The position numbers were made by a program, and so were the translations under genes. This document shows positions 37,158 through 45,900 of a stretch of DNA of 64,000 nt, in pieces. The DNA is from Clostridia bacterium (GTDB taxonomy: Bacteria; Bacillota; Clostridia; Oscillospirales; CAG-272). Each line of letters begins with the position of its first letter. The stretch's first letter is position 1. The notes below the pieces were generated by a model. The model had not been told where the DNA came from, did no database searches, and was given only the letters and a program-made list of their open reading frames with translations. The stretch is taken from contig JAFTVG010000027.1 in the NCBI GenBank assembly GCA_017465885.1, positions 52,799 to 116,798 of the forward strand, in the 5' to 3' direction.

Positions 37158-37454
37158 TTATGCTTCCTTCTTTACAACGATGGAACGCATGATGCCTTCA
37201 GTGATGTGGTATACTCTTTCCAGCTCTGCAACGAAAGAAGCAGGAGCATTGAAGTTCACCAGCACGTAGTAGCCGTCGTTCACGTCGTCGATCGGATAAG
37301 CGAATCTACGCTTGCCCCATTCGTTAACTTCAGAAATCTCACCGTTTGCGGCGATCAGATTGGTGAACTTCTCCACCAGACCCTTCACAGCCTCTTCGCC
37401 GAGTCTCAAGTCAACAACAAAGATCGTCTCGTAAGACACATTTGCTTTTGCCAT
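37158..37454 (-). CDS. rpsF: 30S ribosomal protein S6
   Basis: 98 aa. YETIFVVDLRLGEE...EVNEWGKRRFAYPI is typical S6. Confidence 0.94.
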   Translation of the reverse strand: MAKANVSYETIFVVDLRLGEEAVKGLVEKFTNLIAANGEISEVNEWGKRRFAYPIDDVNDGYYVLVNFNAPASFVAELERVYHITEGIMRSIVVKKEA

Positions 37455-37571
37455 GTTATTTACACCTCCCTATGGACTTATCGGCCGTCAATTCTTTGAT
37501 TTTTTTGTTTGACGGCAAGGAGAAAAGCACCTTTTGGGCGCAAGTTGCCCTATGGCGCTTCTCTGACGACT

Positions 37572-37600
37572 GATTATACCTCAAAAATCTTCTCTTGTCA
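37572..37600 (-). promoter_or_regulatory. candidate promoter of rpsF-ssb-rpsR
   Basis: Minus strand: TTGACA (complement of 37595-37600) - 17 nt - TATAAT (complement of 37572-37577). This leaves a ~110-nt leader. Confidence 0.7.
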
Positions 37601-37672
37601 AGGGGTTTTTTGAAATATTTTTCTTTTTCTAAAAGCTTCTTTGGCAGGAATGCAAAAACTTTCAAAAAACTA

Positions 37673-37701
37673 TTGACAAACCCGTGAAGTTGTGGTATGC
37701 T
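37673..37701 (+). promoter_or_regulatory. candidate promoter of tRNA-Val
   Basis: TTGACA (37673-37678) - 17 nt - TGgTATGCT (extended -10, 37693-37701), ~10 nt before the tRNA 5' end. Confidence 0.7.
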
Positions 37702-37711
37702 AATCGAGCAC

Positions 37712-37788
37712 GGAGGCATAGCTCAGCTGGTTAGAGTGCTTGCTTGACATGCAAGAGGTCACTGGTTCGATTCCAGTTGTCTCCACCA
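37712..37788 (+). tRNA. tRNA-Val (anticodon GAC), CCA encoded
   Basis: The cloverleaf was folded by hand. The acceptor stem GGAGGCA/TGTCTCC has one G-U pair. D arm TAGCTCAGCTGGTTAGAGTG. Anticodon stem CTTGC/GCAAG with loop TTGACAT. T arm ACTGG-TTCGATT-CCAGT. 3' ACCA. Confidence 0.9.
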
Positions 37789-37942
37789 AAAATGAAAGCG
37801 ACCTTTCGAGGTCGCTTTCATTTTTATCCAAGCCGACGAAGGAGGCTTGGTATGTAATCAATGCGCTTGCGCGTTGTATGTAATTGCGACGAAGTCGCGT
37901 ATGGCATCACGCGCAAGCGTGCATATTCGTCGGCTTGATAAC
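37786..37942. repeat. structured direct repeat, copy 1 (157 bp)
   Basis: The first 66 nt are identical to 38625-38690. The remainder is diverged but co-linear. An outer stem, TTATC(C)AAGCCGACGAA / TTCGTCGGCTTGATAA, encloses three hairpins (37859-37876, 37886-37898, 37908-37921). Each hairpin is preceded by GTATG. Confidence 0.85.
37792..37825 (+). terminator. terminator after tRNA-Val (part of direct repeat copy 1)
   Basis: ATGAAAGCGACCT-TTCG-AGGTCGCTTTCAT (13-bp stem, UUCG loop) followed by TTTTT. Confidence 0.85.
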
Positions 37943-38072
37943 ATGCAACACTTCGTGTTGATTCCATACAGCCCTTACGGGCTGAGGACATACCGCCTAC
38001 GGCGGATTTCATCCACGGCTACGCCGTAAATGATGTTGCGCTCCGCGCCCCCGCCTTTTTCTCCCTCGTGTC

Positions 38073-38100
38073 TTGAAAATACCGGAAACTGTGATATAAT
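38073..38100 (+). promoter_or_regulatory. candidate promoter of the cassette ORF
   Basis: TTGAAA (38073-38078) - 16 nt - TGaTATAAT (38092-38100), 24 nt before ATG 38124. Confidence 0.65.
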
Positions 38101-38123
38101 GAAATCAGAAAGGCGGTGGAGAT

Positions 38124-38576
38124 ATGATCATAAAAAAAGAAGATTATATTATGGACGTTGACATTGAACAAACAAAAGAATATTATAAATCTCACACGCT
38201 TTGTAATTGCTCGGCTTGTCGCAATTATTACGTTCAAGTAAAAGATAACTTTCCTTTGTTGAATGATTTTTTACTTGAACTCGGTGTCAAAATTGAGCGT
38301 CCAGATGAGCTTAGCTATATTGAATCGGATAACGAAATCCAGTATCTTTGTGCAGCATATACTGTATGTGGAAAAATACTTGAATTTGACAAATACGAAA
38401 TTGATTTATTTGAAGATAGCGGTGTTGTTAGCATCGTGTTCAACAACTCCTATATTCCAAACGAGCAAAAAACAGATTATTTTGTTTTAATGGTTTACAA
38501 TATTCGCTTGCCGTGGATATTAAACGAGCCCTTTCCTGAACCGGAACCCATCAAGAAAAAATTGTTGATAAAATAA
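38124..38576 (+). CDS. hypothetical 150-aa protein (AT-rich cassette ORF)
   Basis: Clean ORF with a GGTGGAG RBS. Its composition is visibly AT-rich compared with the flanks. It contains a CNCSAC motif and an acidic/Pro-rich tail. No domain recognised. Confidence 0.65.
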   Translation: MIIKKEDYIMDVDIEQTKEYYKSHTLCNCSACRNYYVQVKDNFPLLNDFLLELGVKIERPDELSYIESDNEIQYLCAAYTVCGKILEFDKYEIDLFEDSGVVSIVFNNSYIPNEQKTDYFVLMVYNIRLPWILNEPFPEPEPIKKKLLIK

Positions 38577-38624
38577 AGGCTATATTTTCAAAAAAATGAA
38601 CAGCATCTTTTTTGTCAACTCGAG

Positions 38625-38783
38625 CCAAAAATGAAAGCGACCTTTCGAGGTCGCTTTCATTTTTATCCAAGCCGACGAAGGAGGCTTGGTGTGTAATAAA
38701 CGCGCCCCGCGCATTGTATGTAATTGCGACGGAGTTGCGTATGTCATCATGCCGGGGCATGCATGCTTCGTCGGCTTGATAAC
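38625..38783. repeat. structured direct repeat, copy 2 (159 bp)
   Basis: See copy 1. The hairpins differ in sequence but remain paired (for example CATGC-CGGG-GCATG replaces CACGC-GCAA-GCGTG). Confidence 0.85.
38631..38664 (+). terminator. terminator after the cassette ORF (part of direct repeat copy 2)
   Basis: The hairpin is identical to 37792-37821 and is followed by a T-run. Confidence 0.8.
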
Positions 38784-38852
38784 GTACCTCAAAATAACTT
38801 GGCGTTTTTGTCAACGAGTCTAAAAAAACAAGAAACCCGATCGGCGGCTACG

Positions 38853-38867
38853 AATAGGGATGTTATC
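38853..38867. repeat. left terminal inverted repeat of the element
   Basis: AATAGGGATGTTATC. The reverse complement of 57024-57038 is AATAAGGATGTTATC. Confidence 0.7.
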
Positions 38868-38943
38868 CCATAAGTAGTTGTTCGGAGCATAGGAGATATG
38901 GAAAAATCCATATCTCCTATTGCTTTTTATAGTTGCTTTGCCG

Positions 38944-40581
<1,638 letters not shown>

Positions 40582-40692
40582 TTACCTCCTTCATGCAAGT
40601 CAAACCGATTGAGAGGTGTGGTGCGGTATATAGTTTCCGCACCAACAGGATACTCCCAATCGATTTCAAAGTCCAGCGACTTTAGCCGGAAA

Positions 40693-40995
40693 TTACGAAA
40701 CATTTTTGTAACGAATCGAAATCTCCGCTTCGATCAGCCGTTTGATCAAGCCGTCAAAGCTCACGGTATTACAACGATTGAACTCACTTCGCACAGTGTA
40801 ATCCGAGCCGTCGATCACGTGGATACGTTCACGGATTAGCCTTTCTCCCGTCAGATAAAAAACGATCCCGCTAAGCTTCTTCACAGCAAAGCGAGGATCG
40901 TTTGTGCTATCATCGGGCGTTCTGAATTCAACGCTCTCCTTATGACTCCATACGGGATTGCATTCGTTTTCATAAACAACTTTTCTTTTCATCAA
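40693..40995 (-). CDS. hypothetical protein (100 aa) between relaxase and recombinase
   Basis: Clean ORF, 13 nt after the relaxase stop. No domain recognised. Confidence 0.55.
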   Translation of the reverse strand: MMKRKVVYENECNPVWSHKESVEFRTPDDSTNDPRFAVKKLSGIVFYLTGERLIRERIHVIDGSDYTVRSEFNRCNTVSFDGLIKRLIEAEISIRYKNVS

Positions 40996-41008
40996 ATTCC
41001 TCCTTTCA

Positions 41009-42001
41009 TTACATATACATTCCGTAACCCAAGCCGTTTGCCTGCTCGTATTCTTCTTTGGTACAGTAGCAAACGAATGCTTGAGGTGATATCTTGCGTC
41101 CGAGTATTTCTTCGAGACGCTCTTTTTCTTCCCAGTCCATTTCGGTAAGCTGTCTTGGCGTGTAGGCTTCTCTTGGCGGTACGGCAGATAGAACGTCGCC
41201 GATCATTCGGATCAGTCCCGTTGTTACCGTCACATTCATATCCTCATCGTGTTCGGGTGTTTTGTAGCTTCGGTACATCTCAGCAAGCGCTCCGTTACAA
41301 CCGCCCATCGCAAAGTAAAGCTCGATATTGGATTTGAGAAACCGCTCATCGAAGAGCTTGTTGTCACGGCAGGTATATCCTTCGGGTGTGGTGAAGGTCA
41401 TATACTTGTAATCCGAATACCACTTGACGCTGTATCCGTGTCGCTCCATACATTCGATGAAAGCCTCGGGTGTGGGACTGCATTCAAGCGCCCAATCAAG
41501 AAAGGCACACAGACGCTTTTTCCATTTGGGATATCTTCCGTAGGTGCATTTCTCTTCGGTAACCGAGAGACCGCGCTCACGGCACAGCTTGTTGGAGTAC
41601 TCCTTTATCTTCAGCATATCGTCTCTTGACTGATGAAACTTCTTTCCGTTTTCAAAGTTCACCGAATTGAAAACGATGTGATTGTGAATATGCGCCTCGT
41701 TGATGTGCGTTGAAACCACCGCCTGATAACCGCCGAAGTACATGGCAAGCTCCATTCCGATCTCGTGGGCAAGCTCAGGTGTCACGTTTTCTTCGGGAGC
41801 GAAGGACTGTATCACATGATAGTACTGTCTGCCGTCCTCCTTTCCGAAGCGCTCTTTGACAAACAGAAACTCATCGTGTGCAGACTCAGGCGCGCAGTTG
41901 ACACCGTCGATCAAATCTCGGTCGGTTGCTTCTGGTCGTGTGATATACGGAAAGATATTGTTCATCGGACAGCTCGAGGTAATGAATTTAACGATTGCCA
42001 T
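41009..42001 (-). CDS. relaxase/mobilisation nuclease (MobA/VirD2 family)
   Basis: 330 aa. N-terminal relaxase fold with the histidine triad HINEAHIHNHIVFNSVN. It overlaps the upstream mobC. Confidence 0.88.
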   Translation of the reverse strand: MAIVKFITSSCPMNNIFPYITRPEATDRDLIDGVNCAPESAHDEFLFVKERFGKEDGRQYYHVIQSFAPEENVTPELAHEIGMELAMYFGGYQAVVSTHINEAHIHNHIVFNSVNFENGKKFHQSRDDMLKIKEYSNKLCRERGLSVTEEKCTYGRYPKWKKRLCAFLDWALECSPTPEAFIECMERHGYSVKWYSDYKYMTFTTPEGYTCRDNKLFDERFLKSNIELYFAMGGCNGALAEMYRSYKTPEHDEDMNVTVTTGLIRMIGDVLSAVPPREAYTPRQLTEMDWEEKERLEEILGRKISPQAFVCYCTKEEYEQANGLGYGMYM

Positions 42002-42282
42002 ATCTTTTTCAGCTCCTCTCTTGTTTCGTTCAGGTCTACGGCGGGGATCATTCCGGCGTTAACGGCTCGGGTGATCTGATTGAGATTGTTACCGATACGC
42101 CGCAGTTCGTCGGCAAGCTCGTCCACGCCGTTGATGATAACGATGGGTTTATCCAGCGCCACATCACGAAGATAACGGCTAACGGTTCGGTAGGACGAAA
42201 GCGCTTTGTATTCGATCTGCTCTCGTTCTTCGGGCGAGACTCTCGTTCTGAGGATCTCGGTCTTGGGTTGTTTTGATTTCAT
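41962..42282 (-). CDS. mobC: plasmid mobilization relaxosome protein MobC
   Basis: The start is trimmed to ATG 42282 (MKSKQPKTE..., RBS AGGAGG). It has the hallmark ELRRIGNNLNQITRAVN and an RHH-like RVSPEEREQIEYKA. Confidence 0.88.
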   Translation of the reverse strand: MKSKQPKTEILRTRVSPEEREQIEYKALSSYRTVSRYLRDVALDKPIVIINGVDELADELRRIGNNLNQITRAVNAGMIPAVDLNETREELKKIWQSLNSLPRAVR

Positions 42283-42304
42283 AATAATTGAACCTCCTGT
42301 AATA

Positions 42305-42417
42305 GTGATATATCTCGCAAGCGAGATGTGATATGTTGCCTTGTGGCAACGTGATATAACGGCACAAGTGCCGCCATGATATTTCATTTGCAAGCAAATG
42401 AAGTTGCGCCTTCGGCG
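42305..42417 (+). other. motif-plus-hairpin array ending in a candidate oriT (IR + MOBQ-like nic core)
   Basis: GTGATAT occurs at 42305, 42328 and 42351 (23-nt period), and ATGATAT at 42376. Each copy is followed by a different perfect hairpin: ATCTCGC-AA-GCGAGAT, GTTGCC-TTGT-GGCAAC, CGGCAC-AA-GTGCCG, TTCATTTGC-AA-GCAAATGAA. GTTGCGCCTT (42403-42412) follows directly and resembles the AAGTGCGCCCT nic core. Confidence 0.55.
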
Positions 42418-42512
42418 TAGGGGTATGGGCATAGCCCGATGCCTTTGCCGGCTTGTCGTGGCACAAAGGCGAAACTCGCAATAAATGCCGACTGCATTAA
42501 AATGCTGTCGGC

Positions 42513-43595
42513 TTACCGAATGACAGAACCGTCAGTGACGCAAGGAACGCAAGGGTCGCAAGATTTGGCACTGCCGTTTTCTGCGTCACTTACGGCACTT
42601 GCGTCACTAAACGGAAGAACGTATCTAACTTCGAGAATTCTCTCGCCGTTGCTGCGGTGGCTGAGGAAATACACGCCGTGTTCTTCAAGGGTGTATCTCC
42701 ATTTGTTCATCTGCTGCTTGAGTGCCTTGGCAGATATCTGCTCTCCCGAGAAAGAACAATACCTTTCGGTAAACTCCGTATTACTTCCGACGAAGGAATT
42801 GATACTCTGAACAAAAGAAATCAGCTTGTCCATCTCGCTGGGAAGGAGCAATCTTGGATCGTCAAGGCTATCCGAGACACGCTCCCAAGTATGCGTGTCT
42901 TTTGAGAAGCGGATCTCAAGTTCGCGGTATTCAATATCCCGTCCCGTTGCAACGAGCGTGGCATTATCCTGGCTGCGCTTGCTCTTGTCAAGCACGAACA
43001 CCGCATCCACCGCGCCGCTGATGCCCGTTGTGCCGGACAGCTTGTTCAGCGGATCGCTGTCACCTTGCTTGCGAAGATGATGCACAAGCAGAAGCGTGAT
43101 GTTCAGCCCATCGGCAAGTGCTTTCAGTTTACGAAGCTCATCGTAGTCGTTGGCGTATGAGGTGTCTGCGGCGTAGCTTCGTATCACCTGAAAGGTATCA
43201 ATGGCAATGAATACCGTATCGGGATTCTCTTTTACGAATGAACGGATATCATCGCAAAGACCTTCGGCGAGCGTATGCGCCGTGGTTGCGAAGTACACCT
43301 CCTTGGGAACTTCATCGGTGATACTGTTCAGCCGTTCCTGCACACGGCGGAGCGTATCCTCGAGGCAGAGATACAACACCGATCCTTTGTGCGTTTGCAG
43401 ATTCCAGATCGGCTCTCCCTTTGCGATGCGAACGCACAGGTCAAGCACGAGCCACGATTTCCCGATCTTCGGTGCACCGCCGAGGATGCAGATCCCTTGC
43501 GGTATTAGCGTGTCGACACAAAACTTGGTCGGGACAAGTCTCATGTCCATGAGTGTTTCACCGTCTATGACGGTGAGTTTGTTTTTGTCTTTCAT
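42513..43595 (-). CDS. RepA-like AAA ATPase (AAA_25 / DnaB-like P-loop)
   Basis: The start is trimmed to ATG 43595 (MKDKNKLTV..., RBS AAAGGAG). Walker A GGAPKIGKSW, Walker B-like VFIAIDTF, and LLLVHHLRKQG, typical of the RepA/AAA_25 proteins of mobile elements. Confidence 0.8.
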   Translation of the reverse strand: MKDKNKLTVIDGETLMDMRLVPTKFCVDTLIPQGICILGGAPKIGKSWLVLDLCVRIAKGEPIWNLQTHKGSVLYLCLEDTLRRVQERLNSITDEVPKEVYFATTAHTLAEGLCDDIRSFVKENPDTVFIAIDTFQVIRSYAADTSYANDYDELRKLKALADGLNITLLLVHHLRKQGDSDPLNKLSGTTGISGAVDAVFVLDKSKRSQDNATLVATGRDIEYRELEIRFSKDTHTWERVSDSLDDPRLLLPSEMDKLISFVQSINSFVGSNTEFTERYCSFSGEQISAKALKQQMNKWRYTLEEHGVYFLSHRSNGERILEVRYVLPFSDASAVSDAENGSAKSCDPCVPCVTDGSVIR

Positions 43596-43870
43596 TGAAG
43601 ACTCCTTTCCGGGCTTAGCCCAAATATTTTTTGCAAGAGAAAAAGCTCCCGCCGATGTTGGCGAGAGCAATTTGACTTGCGGAGAGTTTCCTCTCTATTA
43701 CATACCCGACATGAAAGTGCCCAAAATGTTCCTGAGAGCAAAAAAATTTCCAAAAAAATCCCCTTGAAGTTTTTATGCATCAAAGGGATAGTTGTGAATT
43801 AGTTTATTCTGTCTTATTAAAATTATAATCTACGAAAACGCCGCCCGCAAAACACAGGCGGCATAAGGGA

Positions 43871-44782
43871 TTATTTTACTTTCTCTATCGGCATCCAAAT
43901 CTGAACGTTACGTTCTGCCTTCGGTAGCCAATGATAGACTGCAAGTTCAGGGGCGTTTTTGAGTTGGAAACCCATTTCCGGCATCCACTCAGTTAGAATC
44001 TGAATCCTCAAATTCAGCAGATCAAAATAATCACAAATGGGGCTTTTGACATCGTTAGTTTCAAAAACAACATAAGTAGTTTCAGGGATAACAATGTTTT
44101 CCAAACCCAAGTCTTCAACAAAATCAACGCCGGTAACGTCTTTGTTATAAAGATTATCTCTTTCCCATCCATCTAACAGATGGCAGTAATAATAGTCATA
44201 ACCTTCATCTGTGATATTGGTGATAACGCAATGTGCATCAATGTTTCGTGATGCGCCACGAAGGAACCACTGTTTTCCTCGCGTCGTCACAAAAAGTTGT
44301 TCCTCCTGACACTCTCTGTCCTTGCCATAGGGTACACCGGTGAAATGAGCTTTATATCCAGTCAAAATCATTTCCGGCTTCTTTTCAATTCTGTAATTCA
44401 TAGGTTTACCGCCTTCCAAAGAAAATTTCAGTACAAGACGGGAATAGGATTTCAGCATACTACCGTTATTTCGAGCCTGCGACGGCAATATACCGTGGAA
44501 CTTCTGGAATGCTTTTGCAAAGCTGTCCGGACTTTCATAGCCGTACTTCAGCGCAACATCAATAACCTTTGCATCACTTGAGGCCAACTCCGTACCGGCA
44601 AGCGACAGCCTGCGATTCCGAATATACTCGCCGATGGTGAAACCGCAAAGAATACTAAACACACGTTGGAAGTGATAGCTTGATGAAAAGCTCTGCGCTG
44701 CGACCATCTCGTAATCAATCGTTTCCGTCAGATTATCTTCGATATAGTCGATAGCTTTTTGCAATCCAATAATCCAGTCCAT
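43871..44782 (-). CDS. AraC-family regulator with GyrI-like effector-binding domain
   Basis: The start is trimmed to ATG 44782 (MDWIIGLQKAIDYIEDNL, RBS AAGGAGGGA). HTH_18 region SSSYHFQRVFSILCGFTIGEYIRNRRL...YGYESPDSFAKAFQKFHG. The ~150-aa C-terminus is GyrI-like. Confidence 0.85.
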   Translation of the reverse strand: MDWIIGLQKAIDYIEDNLTETIDYEMVAAQSFSSSYHFQRVFSILCGFTIGEYIRNRRLSLAGTELASSDAKVIDVALKYGYESPDSFAKAFQKFHGILPSQARNNGSMLKSYSRLVLKFSLEGGKPMNYRIEKKPEMILTGYKAHFTGVPYGKDRECQEEQLFVTTRGKQWFLRGASRNIDAHCVITNITDEGYDYYYCHLLDGWERDNLYNKDVTGVDFVEDLGLENIVIPETTYVVFETNDVKSPICDYFDLLNLRIQILTEWMPEMGFQLKNAPELAVYHWLPKAERNVQIWMPIEKVK

Positions 44783-44863
44783 ATTATCCCTCCTTGTCTG
44801 CCAATATTCTATCAAAAGGCGAATTAAAAATCCCGATATTCCGTGCTGAGTATAATCGGGTTA

Positions 44864-45778
44864 TCATGACTTCAAGAACGCTATGCGCTTTTCTTCGATC
44901 TTCTTCAAATGTTTGCCGACGGCACTGTGCGTTTTGAATCCGAGACGCTCGGCAATCTGCTTCTGCGTGTATCCGTTTGCCTTTAACTTGAAGATTTTGA
45001 CATCGGTCTCGTCACCGAGAAAGGCATAGAATTCTTTGATGGTTTCCACCATTTCAAGATGTGCCTGTGGGTCTTCGTCTGAGAACTCTGTTGCTAACTC
45101 AGGAGTTTTATGCTCGATGTCTTCCATTTGATCCAGCGATTCCAGTTCGCCAACTCTTGTACGTGTGTGATCCCATTGACGATTGAAATCCACCTTGTCA
45201 AAATTGGTGTTTGCGGTAGTTGCGAAATCCTCGTGCGCGCCGATCTCTTTCGATACGCCTAAAATCTCGGGAACGCTTTCCACTTGCATCAGCTTGTTCA
45301 TCATCACGGAAAGGAATAGATCCGCAAACTGATCGAACACAAGGGCGAACTCTGCTTCGGTCAATTCTTCAACTGTTTTGTTATGCGCCTTGGCATACTT
45401 TTCAAGCGCGGCGGTAATGTCCCCTTTTAAGGCGGTCAACATCGAATCTATGATGCGCTCACAAAGAGTTTCATCCGTGAGTATTTCCATCACGACACCG
45501 GCAACCAGATTTTCGTTTGCTTTTTCAAGACAGCGCACGGGAGCGTTGGAGGTGAAGTTGATGAGAGACCCTTTGCCTGTGAGCAGTTTCATCTGCTTAT
45601 TCCAAGACGAAAGGAAATGCTTTTTTGCTTTGATGTACACACGGTTCTGCTCGTCGGTAGCGACCATGGGATCGTATTTTGATACCTGCGTGCTGAAATC
45701 GTGGTCTCTGAAAAAGGCTTTCAGCTCCGCAATGGTCGGTGCGCTATCCTTCTCAAGCAACGTCACATCTGTTTTCAT
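44864..45778 (-). CDS. element-encoded protein with sigma-70 region-4-like C-terminal HTH
   Basis: 304 aa. The C-terminus LKANGYTQKQIAERLGFKTHSAVGKHLKKIEEKR is a region-4/LuxR-like HTH. The N-terminal 240 aa are unassigned. Confidence 0.65.
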   Translation of the reverse strand: MKTDVTLLEKDSAPTIAELKAFFRDHDFSTQVSKYDPMVATDEQNRVYIKAKKHFLSSWNKQMKLLTGKGSLINFTSNAPVRCLEKANENLVAGVVMEILTDETLCERIIDSMLTALKGDITAALEKYAKAHNKTVEELTEAEFALVFDQFADLFLSVMMNKLMQVESVPEILGVSKEIGAHEDFATTANTNFDKVDFNRQWDHTRTRVGELESLDQMEDIEHKTPELATEFSDEDPQAHLEMVETIKEFYAFLGDETDVKIFKLKANGYTQKQIAERLGFKTHSAVGKHLKKIEEKRIAFLKS

Positions 45779-45807
45779 CGATTCTCTCCTTTCACTATGG
45801 TGCTTAT

Positions 45808-45836
45808 ATTATATCATATTTTTACGAATTTTTCAA
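45808..45836 (-). promoter_or_regulatory. candidate promoter (TTGAAA-17-TGaTATAAT) of the sigma-like gene
   Basis: Minus strand: TTGAAA (complement of 45831-45836) - 17 nt - TATAAT (complement of 45808-45813) with an upstream TGA. An 18-nt core is identical to the promoter at 56835-56853. Confidence 0.65.
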
Positions 45837-45900
45837 GGAAGTAACTGTGAACAAAAAGAACAGAGGAACCGCACGTTTAGTGCAGTCCCTCCGTTTCTCC

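Noticed and set aside
37824-38029. 60-62-aa ORFs on both strands inside the hairpin-rich region after tRNA-Val
   Set aside because: They overlap palindromic repeats, so they are open on both strands by symmetry. They have no RBS, and the equivalents in the second copy (38551-38814) differ in frame.
37786-38783. Considered a canonical integron cassette with attC sites
   Set aside because: There is no intI gene in the window. The repeat ends (TTATCC... / ...TGATAAC) do not match the RYYYAAC / GTTRRRY core sites. The ORF carries its own promoter. Only the structural analogy is retained as a hypothesis.
42305-42402. Considered a CRISPR-like array (regular 23-nt spacing)
   Set aside because: The conserved part is only 7 nt and the spacers are themselves perfect palindromes. 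There are just four units and no cas genes. This is not CRISPR architecture.
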